DNA of 64,000 nucleotides from NCBI RefSeq assembly GCF_001949145.1, contig NW_019091355.1, forward strand, positions 5,729,068 through 5,793,067. The letters run 5' to 3'. This document shows, piece by piece, positions 52,201-64,000 of the stretch (the stretch's first letter is position 1; each line of letters begins with the position of its first letter). Source of the DNA: Acanthaster planci. Its lineage: Eukaryota. A model generated the notes under the pieces. The model was not told where the DNA came from. It was given only the letters and a program-made list of their open reading frames with translations, and ran no database searches. Both the position numbers and the translations under genes were made by a program.

Positions 52201-55200
52201 AACTTCCCTCCATCCGAAAGGAGATAAAAAACAAAACAAAAACCAAACACATGGCCCACATCTGAGCAGTTAAAGAGTTGAAATGTGCACTTTTGCATGT
52301 GTACAAGAGAAATTTGTTAAGTTGCGGCTTACTCCATTGAACATAAGTCAATTTCAAAGCATCACATTGCAGCCTTTGACTGCTTAGTTCTTTTGCTGCC
52401 CATAGATAATGTCATAAAATAATGTTGATGCATGGAGTTACAGTACATGTACATATCAGTGGGTGTATCTGAGACACTGCTCCACACACAAAAGATGTGT
52501 AAGGCTATCCGCTCCGAGCAGGAACAAAAGAGGGCATGTTTGGAAATGAAATCAGCAGTCCTTTAGTAGTCACGCACCGCATAGGTTCGCAAGTTTATGC
52601 ACGTTTGACGCGGAGCACGCTGAGTACGTGCAACGATTTTAGTCTAGAATGTTTGAACATGTTCCAGAACCTGGTTGGAAAACTTATCATCTGTCTTTCT
52701 TTCACAGGTGAAAGTGCACTTGAAAGCTCAGGGTGGATACGGTATTTGAGTGACACTGTAATTTTTGTTTTGTTTTTACAAATGTTTTTAAAACTTCTGT
52801 ACAAATATACCAGTTTGTACAAAAAGAATCAATTTTAAATTCTTTGGCAGTTTAAGTGCTACTAGCAACTTATTTCTTGCCTCTCAATCCTTCCAGTTCT
52901 TTCCTTCCTTAGTTCCTACCATTCTCCCCAGCCTTCCCCATGGTAAGTTTCTGATGACCTTAATGTGACCTTGTACCAATTTTCCCATGCTCTGTTAACT
53001 TCCCATCAGTGTGCAGGTTATTGATTTACCCCCTTGAGAGCGAGAAGACTTTCCCATCCAACAATTCTGGAAACATTAATGTATCAAGGTAGCCACAGCA
53101 GTCACTGCTGTTGAAGGAGATCTCAGTGATTGCATGACTGTGGTAGCAGACTTACATTTGGGACAAGGAGACACAACCCTGTGGGAGTCATAAATATTTC
53201 TTGATGGAACTGTCAGTACATGTTTTGACAGACAGAGGCTGATTGACTGTTGTGCACCATCTACAAGTTAGCAACAAGCTCAGTAGGCTGTAAGGAGGAA
53301 GTTCGAATCAGCAGTCATGTTCCTCTTGAAACACTTTCAATACGAGGTCAACAAGAACATAGCTGTTTGAAGGAGGAGATTGTCTTAAACCTCACAGATA
53401 CCCTCTCCCATTCTCTGAAACGGTGACATGTTGTATGGATGTTTAATGCATCAAGAGGCCTGGAGGAAAAATGTAGTTTGCCAGTTCATTTTGGATGTTA
53501 CTCTTTTTGTACGGTTTACATGTAGATTACATGTAGGTTTATTTTTGGTAGGGGCACTGGCATGGGAAGCAGCATTGCAACCCTGGGTCTTTGCCCTCAC
53601 ACTTTTCACAGGTTGTTGTTTTGTTCCAAAGTTGGAATTCCTTGCATGTACCTATTCAGTTTTCAAACAACCAATCAGTCTGTGCTTTTGTGGTTATGCC
53701 TCAGTGCAGTATCATCATGCCAATAAATCTGCTCTGTTATTTGTACCTTTAACCCTAACAGTCCCAAATCCTCCACTTTCAATATGATTTTACATACATG
53801 CCCTTGGGGGTTAAGGATAATGCATATTATTACCGTGAACTCTCAGCGAGAATCTACAAAATTTTATTAAGATTGGCATACCGGTATATTCTTCCAAGTC
53901 AGAATAACCGAGACGTCAAAGAAGAAACAACAAAGTTGATATTCTTTGATTCAACTGTGTGAGGATGCGGAAAAGTTGACAAGTTTGCACTAAACTTTAC
54001 TGTCAAAAATTTGAATGAACATTTTAAAGCCAGTATCAAAGAATTCAGTTTTAGTAATTAATAAACTAAGAGGTTGACACAAAAAGGGTTTTACTGACTT
54101 GTTAAATAATTCAGTAGTTAGCAAAATAGCAGCCATGATTCAGTTGTTTAAGGAATAAATCAATTTACACACATGTAGACAGGTAACTCTGACTAACCCA
54201 GAAATGAGGAGAAATTCAAAATTTGAAAAGTCAACTTTAACTCCAAAAATCAAAGTGTCAAACATTTTTTCAAACATAAACTTGAAGAAAAGAAACCCTC
54301 CGTCCTTGGTGCTGGGATGCAGTGCATTGAGTCTTACTTGAAAGGATGGTGGGATATGTAATTGAGAACTTTACATGTATTAATTAACAGGGTATGGAGC
54401 CAATCTGGGACATCATGGCCAGTACATGTACAGTATGTTTTGGGCACTTGCTTTGGATACCTTTTTTCCATGTTGTCAATCACTACCAAGTTGTTATTGT
54501 GTACCTGTTGTGGTTTTTCTTGTCAAAACCACTAGTCTCTGCATTCCTGTTATGCCTCATTAATCAATTCTCAACAAGGTTGACACTGGGCCATAAGGTG
54601 CAGTGGCAGGTGTATAGTGTAGGATTAATTGTAATTGGCAGTGGTACCTGTGCCTGGAACTCCAATTAGGCATGGACTGTGATTGAAATTTGGGGATTCA
54701 AGCTATGGCAACACAAAGGCCAGGTGAGACTTGATCTTTTCATGGATTATAAATAATATGGGTACATTCCTGCCTTTTTTTTTACTCTATCCGCACCACC
54801 TATGTTCAAGCCCCATAGAGGCAATGGTCATTACAAACAGATTTTAACATGACACCATGAACAATACCATTTTTTCTTCCATTCACAAGATTTTTAAGTA
54901 ACAGTGAATCTCAGAACAGCAAATAAAAGTGAAATTTACAGACCCTTTCTACCAACGAAAAAAATCGAAATTGCATAATTAGCACCTACTTCATCATCAA
55001 TTTTAGATAGAAAAAAGGTTTTCTGAGACAAAAATCCAATGGCAAATTAAAGATTCGCCCATACATGTAATGCATTGATTTCATGCATTTACATGTATTT
55101 TGAATCCGCCGGATAAAATTTTTAATAATCAGGTCATTTTGAATCGTACCGTTCCAAATAATTTGGGGGTTATTTAAAACCACATTTTTCATTGCATTTT

Positions 55201-58200
55201 CTTATGCAGGGCACAAAATCAGTTCTACTGAAGAATAAAATGATTAATTTAATTTGGATTTGTCATGAAAAATTTCATTATTTGTACTTGGTTTCCTGGA
55301 AATTTATCCAACAAAGACGATGCCTCATTTTGCAATCAGAGCCCACGAAATCAGACATACCGGTAGCCGGTTGCTATTCTTGTTCAGCGCAAGACTTGCA
55401 CACACACACTTTGGTAATGAATGCTATGAACATACATGGCTCCATGCAAAAGTAGCCCCTCACCTTTGACAAACACTACAGAGACATTTGGACATCAATC
55501 AAATGCCACATGTGCTGTGAACCAAGCACCTTTGCCAGTAGGCCTAGGTATTCTGGTACTTCAGATTTGTGAAATAATTTGAGCACATTCTACGGCAGAC
55601 ATACATGGAGAGGCACATGCTTGCATGGAGATCGTAAAAAAGCTCCCATGTTCGTCATGTACGGAGCATTGGCTCGCCTTCCTGTGTGTCATCACATGTC
55701 TTTGCACTTTGTCCTTGCTCTATGGTCCTTATAAGGACCTCAGAGATCAGATTACACATGGTTGTAAGCAAGATGTAAAGTTTTACATGAATAAATCATT
55801 TTTACACGAGTAAGCCGTACAGATTTTATTACTTATTTTATTTTATTTTACATTAGGGAAACTTCTTAGCCCTTGTAGAGCAGTGTACCCCATAAAAGCT
55901 GGTGTTCAGTTCTTGCTAGTTTTAAAGGGATCGTCAAAAACATGAAGTTATGTGTTTGTGCACACTTGTGTACATACATGAGTGGGTGGACCCTCACTGT
56001 TACCAGAAATTTTGTATTGTTAATAGGCAAATTGGGACCCACTTCTGGGGACTTTCTGATGTCCTGTAAACAGTGTTGGTCCCCACAAAAGCATAACCAT
56101 AAAACACATATGTGTACGTGCTTTGGGGGCTTTGTTTTTTGTTTGCATGGAAGTGGGCAGGCATTTCCTCAGCTGCAGTTATAATTTCATACTGGTACAT
56201 CATTACCTGTACCGGTATGCTGTCACCAAATAAAGCATACTTCTATGAATACATGTAAATGTTACGGATGGAAAGCAACTTTGCTTTGAGCTTTTATCCC
56301 CCATGCTTTGCTGCTGTAATATTCATCCAATTTCTGACCTACTGTACCTCTGGAACTTCTTGGAAGTCTTGTTACTCTGTACTCGTGGTTATTTTTAAAT
56401 GGGTTCAACAATAACAAAGCAAATGGAAAGGTCACCTCAGTTTTTTTTTAGTGTAAACAAAGGAAGTTGTTAATTTCACATATATCTCATGCAGTGATCT
56501 GAAGTGCTGTTGATGGCATCCCCAGGATCTACATTATATTGCTGATAGTTTGGTGTGACACATTTGAAGCAGGTTCCTGATGTATGTACAAACATTTGTG
56601 TACATGTACAGTGTACATGTAAATCCAGGAAAACCCCTTGAAACAATCAGGATCTTTGGTTAAAAGTACAAATTTCATTTGTAGCAGAGATGTCTTTGTT
56701 CCTCTGAGAAACCTTTTAAAATGCATTTGCATACATTTTGTTTTATTTTTAGTTTTCAACATTTTTTCATTTTGGGCCACTTTAAACACATCTGCAAACA
56801 CTGCATGGTTTAGCATGGCATTTCCATTGATGCCATAATGCCTGCTGCTTTTGAACAGTCTTTGAGAAGTCTCTTCTCTGCCAAAAATCAATCTGGCAAC
56901 TTGTTGAGTTCTGTCATGGTTTTGTGAAGATGCCAGCCTAGGGCAAGGTTAACATGGCCACTGAAGGCTTTGCCACCTGCTCTGATTATTAGGTACCTGT
57001 AGAAACTTGTACAATCTGTCATCATGCTCATTGCTTCTTGCCAGAGCAAACACCTACAAACCCCAGCAGGTGAGGTAAACACTATAAATTGCCCACCTGC
57101 AGGCAATTAAAGTCACCAGGTACATGTAGAGTAGCAACAGGGGGATGTTTGAAATGCAATGGCTCCGTTCGGGCTTGGTGCATGAATGAGAGAATGCACT
57201 TCTGTACTTAATACATGTAATGACATCTCATGAAACCAACACACTTTGTGTGCACATCTGTACTATTTCCCTTCCTCCATGTGTGAAGCAAACCAATAGT
57301 TTCTTCTTGTGGATACTGTGCGGGTGATGGGAGTGGTCAGCAATATCCACGTGTGCCCCACCTCTCATCATGGGGTTATTTAGAGGTACGAATAGCTCAG
57401 AATGTATTAGAACCGGCACTTGACGTCTGGAGACAGGTTACATAATTCTTATGACTACAAGGACAATTGTAAATTGCGGAATAAGGTTTCTGTAGTCCAC
57501 ATTCTACTACATTGATCAATGTCTTAATCCTAAGAGCCGTGCTGTGTATGTTGGACCATCTCACAGCTTGGGGGGAGGGAATCTGCCCCCTAAGAACTCA
57601 GTTGTCCCTTGCCGGTTTTTAAAAACTTGACATGCATGTAATTGTAAAGACACTCCTTACAGCCCATATGTGAAGGTACAACTTCTACCTTTGACCTTGT
57701 TTCTTTATTATGGTGGAAGTTCAAGGCCACACTTGTGCCAGCCCAGGTATGTGCATTGAGCAAAGCTGTGGAAAAGTATACATTTTTGGTATTTGATTTT
57801 CAGAAAACTGGTGTAAAAATAACACTAAGTGTTACTAACATTACTCCTGAAGGCTGAAGACTTGGCTCATGAACAAAAATTGCACTGTGGTGATATCAGG
57901 GAAAGTGCCAAGGAGAGCAGATTTTATCTCTCTCCCCCCCCACTATTAATAAGGGCATAATAAGTATGTGATTGGCAAAGGAGAATGGACGTGGTAAGGG
58001 CATTATCAGTCTTCAATCTCCTGAGGTAACGTTTAAGACCAGCCAAGCACATACATATATTGTACTGGTATGTATGTATTTATTCCCATTCATAAATACC
58101 TTTTTTTATTGGTTGGTGTCAAAAGAAGTCAATGTAAGATGAATTTCCAACAATTTTGTTTTAGAATTTTGTGTTCATTTTTCTGTACACCCCTGTCCAT

Positions 58201-61200
58201 TTTATGGTACTGTATATTCCTTGTGCAAGTTGTCCAAAAGAATCTCCTTACATGGACATGGGGAGCCACATGCACACAGACTCTTGACCAATCAGAATCA
58301 ATTAAACTGTCTTGTATCCAGGCGCCAGCGCTTGATTTACGCAGCGGGCATTATCACTCTTCAGCGAGCATGTTCAAATGTTAAGAAGTACAGAGTCAAG
58401 TTGCACATTGTGGAATAGGGAGACTGTCTGAGGTACATGTATTTATAAATGCAGGGTAAATACCCTTTGAACATTTGGTCAACTTGTTACTTTACACAAT
58501 TAAATGTATATGATCAAAAATTTTTAAAAAGCATTTTCACAGGAGTCTGAAATGTTTTGACTGCTTTACATTTTGAGTTACTGTGTACTTTATACAGGTT
58601 GATACGCCTATTACTTTGAACATTAATGTGTTCATGTTAAATTGATACGGCAGTCTTACCTTTTTTGTCAGTCTCACCTTTCTTTGTAATGAAAATTTAG
58701 AAGAAAACTCCAGAGAATGTGGTACATGCAAATATCAATCAGACACAGAGCAACTGTTGTGTATGACCTGACTGTATGTGACCCGAGTAGGATGTGGACA
58801 TGTCTCACAGTTCATTGTGAATCATGTGGTAACTTCTGATCAAAAATATTTTGACCTGGGAAGGGTTTGAACCTAGGATGTCTGAGCAGCTGATGTATAA
58901 CACTTACATGCAACAGCCCAAGATACTGATCTGCCATTGTTGACCCTGCACTGACCTGAGTGGGATGTGGACCTGGGTCACATTTCCTCTGTTGTAACAT
59001 TAAAAAATACTCGTATGTTAAACTTGTGATGTGTGTTTTCTAGATTTTGTGATAATAATCATTCCTGGCTGTGGGTCAACCACAGCTGCACGTGGGTGGA
59101 AATCCAGTTGACAGGATGCCTTTGCATGTATTTGCCGGAACGTCTTGCTAAGAATGGTTTCATTAACCCAGAAAGAAATGCCTGTGACCCAAATGATTGA
59201 ACATTTATTGAACCACAGGATTGTCCTGACAATCACACAGGTTAAGAAGGCTTGATTATAGACCCAAGAGTTAAATATTATTAGAAGCTGATTTTTTTTC
59301 ATGAGTCTGTCATCAGTTGCTGAGATTTATAGTTTCAAAAAATGTACACCTGTGGGAGAATTTTCACTGCTAATAATTTAAAAGAAGTTCTGTAGAAGTA
59401 TACTACATGTATACATTATGCTCAAATAAAAAAGGTGAAAGCTTATTATGCATTAGTTTGATTGGTTGATTTTGAGGAAAATGGGGGATGTTGGTCAAGA
59501 GTCTTTTTTTAATGGGGCATTGAACTATCGCACACATCCAACAAAACAGGTCAGTGAATGACTTGTGAAAATCTTTTAAGTCCTGTTTAGCAGGTAAATG
59601 GAGTATCTTTATGGAGGTCTGTAGCTGTCAAACTGCCAATAAATCATCAAAGAATATTGTAAACGACTCAAACTACCTGAGCAAGATTCAAGGGCTCTCC
59701 CATGCTCTGCCATCCAGTCCTGCCATAAATCCTGAGCATTAATGTAAATTGTTTTGTTGGCAGGGCTTCACCTGACATCCATGTCATAGAGAAGTTAGTA
59801 GAGTTGTTAAACCCTGAAAACCTTTTAACAGTCTGTAATCCTAGTCATTGATTTGGGGGGAAAAGGGAGTTTAGGGTTCTGTTCTCCTTAAAATGGCATC
59901 AGAGATCTTTAAAGGTTGGAAAAATTCAACAATTATTTGTTATTGTGTTCTACATACTCTTCACTGTGGTAAAAAAAAATTAAGTAACACGACTAGAGTA
60001 TCATTCGATTTTTCTATTATTTCAATTACATTGTGTACCAAAATTGAAGTTTTAAAATAAATGCATGTATGTAGGTAATAAATCAAGGTACATGTACATG
60101 TACGTAAATTGACTATTTAGTGCAAAATGGAACACATACGCTGTATTGAGTTCAAACTAATACAAAGTTCAAGGAACAGTTGTAGCGTTAGTAAATGTAC
60201 AAGTACAAAAATGACAGAACAATTCAACTCAAGATCCTTGGGTTTATCACTAGACCTGAGTTCCCTTTGAATGAAAACCCTTGACTAGATCCTTGCTTTT
60301 CCTCTTTTTAACTTCCCCCTGCATCCTTTTTGGAAGGTCATTCCCAAGGAAATTCACAGTGTGAGGATGATATCCTTGACACTAACAGCTGCCTTGAGAT
60401 GGACAGGACACAGGAAACATTCCTAGCATGTGTTGTAATGCTCCCAGTGATATGGGCATGACTGTCCCATCAACTCTTCCTATTTTTTCAAAAAGTCCAT
60501 CAAATCCTTAAATTATCATTTGGATCTTTACTTGCCTTTTCTCTAAGGATTTGTTGCTTGACAAAGTAATATTAATACAAAGAAGCCATATACGATACAT
60601 GTAGTCAAGATATTCAGTCTTGAAAACATTATTTGATCAATTGCCTTGTATTGAAAAGATATGCTACACATCCCTTCAAGCTTCAAGTGTGATAAATGGT
60701 TTTGTTATGCATTAAAATACCTATTAAAATATGCTCAAAATTTGCATGAACAGCAAGTGTAAAAGATTTTATGTCAGCATGAACATCATAACATGGTTAC
60801 GCAAATTATTTGTCAAATTGTAAATTGTCCACATAAATAATTGTTCAAATTAAAGGACACAGAGAATCAAATTTTATCACTGAGGGGCCAAACCATGGCT
60901 GTCATCAAATGAAAATAAATACTGTTACCTTTACTAAAACAAAGTTCTGTTGTTTGTTGATCAAAGCTATATAAATGGGAAATATGTTATTTTCTTCTCA
61001 AAACCTTTTGTCTGGGAACTATCCTTAACGGGTCAAATTTTAAACAAGAAACACCAGACATATCGCCTACTCTGGGTGGTCTAGGTTAATACTGCTTGCG
61101 GCAGCCATATAAATCATGAACCAGGAAAACGTGACCACGAACATGAAGTTCACGTTGTAAACAGCTGCTTTGTTCCAATGGGAAAAACGTGGCTTTCAGC

Positions 61201-61479
61201 TATGTAGAATGAAGTGTGATTTTGTTGTTCATTTTTCCCTTTTAGTGAAGGAGAAGCGATCACAAAGCATGTTTTGTAGCAGAGAAACTGCCAGTACTTC
61301 CAAATTTTCTGAACCATGGAACTACAGAGCGAGCTGAGATTCGGCTGATTTTAAACACAATAAAGTAACAAGTTGTGAATTTTATTCTAAAATGCAAACT
61401 GATTGCCTTAAGTCTTTCCTTCTTATCATCATCATTGGTCCTCATTTTGCTGCATTTACCTCTTTTTGACTAAATTCAG

Positions 61480-61614
61480 AGGATGCAAGACAAACTGAGA
61501 ATGGAACAAATGAGGAAAAAACACATCACCGAGTGGCTAGAGCAGTGACATCAAGACCGGAGAGAAAATGGCCGTACGGTGTTATCCCATATGTCATTGA
61601 CGGGAATTTCACAG
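61480..61614 (+). CDS. BMP1: BMP1/tolloid-like, exon 3 (proprotein convertase site and start of astacin domain)
   Basis: ttcag acceptor, gtacc donor, 135 nt phase 1/1; ...[30 protein letters not shown] matches the BMP1 mature N-terminus AATSRPERVWPDGVIP. Confidence 0.95.
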
Positions 61615-62063
61615 GTACCATGTTACTATCAATCCCATGGTTTATGTGATGAAGTGTATGCACTACATGTCAACAAAAGTAATTCATGCACTCATGGAAA
61701 CCAATCTATACCACACACTAGTACTGCATGTACATACTGGTAGCTAGTAGCCGACATGCTGAACTGATTTTAAATTGCAACACTCTCAAAATTTTGCATA
61801 ACATGTACAAAGTACACAAAAACCAAATTGACACTAGCAGTGCTTATGTGTATGTATACGCACATCGCAAAACTTGTCTACTGTTCTAGTCAGTGTGGTT
61901 ATAGCACATCATTCATAAAAATGAAATCGTCATCTTGAAGTAATCAAGTGATATATTGCCTATCAATAGAATCAGCAGACACTTCAAGTGACTGATGATC
62001 AAATAAGAGACTTAAGTTAATGATTGTATGAATGATCGATAAATTTTTCCATTGATGCGACAG

Positions 62064-62187
62064 GCTCACAGCGTGCAATGTTCAAACAGGCCATGAGACA
62101 TTGGGAGAATTACACCTGCATCACCTTTGTTGAGCGAGACCCTCTACAGCACAGGAATTATATCGTCTTCACTTACAGAGCATGTGG
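62064..62187 (+). CDS. BMP1: BMP1/tolloid-like, exon 4 (astacin domain)
   Basis: gacag acceptor, gtaag donor, 124 nt phase 1/2; [41 protein letters not shown]; the gene continues beyond the window. Confidence 0.96.
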
Positions 62188-64000
62188 GTAAGAAAAATTT
62201 GAAAGCCTTTTTAAGGACATTTGCCAGAGTTTTTTCGAGGAGTCCATGTGAACATTCATTTTTTTCAAACTTCTAATGTTTCAGTCTTTTCTTGAAATGA
62301 CTAAAGTGCTTGCTGCTCAGATCACATCGAAAAACTCTTTTTCCAGATTAAGAAATCCAAGAGATTAGATTCCCTTTAACCCTGCATAAGAGTTTTATAT
62401 GATACAAATCACTTGAACTTGAAGGGGGTGCTAGGATAGACATCAGTAGTCAGTCAGTTTGCCTGCCGTATTTACTGACCTGAGTCTGGCTGAGAAGTTG
62501 GGGAACTCCTGATGTGGAGCTTGAACTTATCCCACTGTTGATTGCATTTTGACTGTTGGCTACGGTGGTCTATTGGTACACACACGTGTATTTAGAGCAG
62601 GCTATTGAAGCATTGATCTTACCTTCACACAGTTGCACTTTTGTAGAGATTAGCTAAGGATGTACAGTAAAAGAAATGCAGCTAAGCAAGAGAATAATTA
62701 CTAAATTCAAGAAAATAGCACCAGGTAACGCATAGATTGTACAATGTACATAAGCAAACAGTACTTGCAAAACACATTAAAAATAACTTTCAAAACCTAT
62801 CGGCACCTAACATATGGTGAGAAATCATGATTGACTAAAGCCAATTTATGAAAAAAATCCTTCAGAGCAGAACCCCCGTAAAATAACAATTATCTCAGCA
62901 AGTTACATGTAATATGTACTATTGGAAACCTGAATCTATGGAGGCAATGCTTGTAAAGCCAACAGCATCGTGTGGTACGTTTGTTTGCAAGCGCAAGCAC
63001 ATCCGGGTTCTGCATACATATTTGTGATGAAATTCATCAACCAATCAGTGGCCTGGAAATCAATGTGCCTGTCAGGTGGCAGAATCATTCTTAAAAAATG
63101 TGTCAACACTTCAAAGACGTTGTGCCGTGAGTCAGCTGGAGAAAGTAGTGAATATAAAATACATTTTTGAGTCGGTCATAAACTGAACTTTCCGTAGCAT
63201 GTAAACTGAAACTCTGGCCACATTGAAAAATAGGAAAATTTTGCCGCATTTTTGGATGCAAATTTCTTGTGCTTTTGGACAATTATGTCATTTTAACACA
63301 TTTTTGACAATGATTTCGCTTAAACCTAGCATTTAATGAAAGATATGCATTCTTCAGCTATAATAGAAGTCAACGATTTGAGAGTATCGTTCTTAGCAGC
63401 AGCGAAATCCCTCAAATTCCTAATGCTCTCTTTCCTCATTTAATATGCAAGACGTCACACATACAGAAACATGCATATGTAGCTTTTGTGAGTGCTGCGG
63501 ACTGACTGTACCGGTATGTGGCGTGGCAAGCCAAGTGTTTAGGCCCCCCCCAATAAGTCAAAATAACCCAGCTCTTTGAGGATTAATTAAGAAACTCTTC
63601 AGACTTGATGTTATCTTTTGGAAGATCAGGAGGCCAGTCTTTGTCTCCCAGTTTCTCGGTCCTTTGAATGAACATTCTAACACCTAAGAAAATGGATACA
63701 CACTCTTGTCCATCTAATCAGCCCAGCTCAGGGATCCAAGTAATCACGAGGTCAAAACCACTGGCTTTGCAGTACTGTGGCATCTGACCCTTAGCTTTCC
63801 AACTAAGAGCACATGATACATGTACCCTTCCCTTCGCATTCTTTCCTTTTCCTTTCCTGCCCCCTCCCCTTCGTGCAACCCCCTTTTCACCACCAGAGTA
63901 GGTACTAGATACATGTACATGTAGCATTCTGAATCACAGGTCATAAGAGGTCAGTTTGAGGAAGGATTGGATTAGCTGTTTGCTGATTGATTCAGGACCC

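Noticed and set aside
52708..52760. Strong acceptor (tctttctttcacag) in tolloid intron 2 as a possible extra exon
   Set aside because: No convincing phase-1 donor preserves the frame, and exons 2 and 3 already join in frame

Overview
Intron-rich animal genomic DNA, probably a marine invertebrate (inference from gene content, repeat types and TACATGTA enrichment). I assembled three spliced protein-coding genes by hand, and all GT-AG junctions are phase-consistent. (1) The 5' part of sphingosine-1-phosphate lyase SGPL1 (minus strand, 8 coding exons, ATG at 11251, running off the left edge). (2) A complete 9-exon clan-2, CYP17-like cytochrome P450 (minus strand, 28551..16812, 1521 nt, 506 aa). 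(3) The 5' part of a BMP1/tolloid astacin metalloprotease (plus strand, ATG at 37152, 4 exons, running off the right edge). Introns and intergenic DNA hold decayed CR1/L2-type LINEs, a tRNA-derived SINE remnant, many small non-autonomous DNA transposons (2-, 4-, 6- and 8-bp TSD classes), near-perfect palindromes and a 21-bp minisatellite. Most short ORFs in the six-frame track are spurious. I found no CRISPR array, rRNA, intact tRNA or convincing new biological system. The most interesting points are the SGPL1-CYP17-like-tolloid linkage (human homologs lie on 10q), a charged prodomain exon in the tolloid gene, candidate enhancers, and the MITE and palindrome collection.
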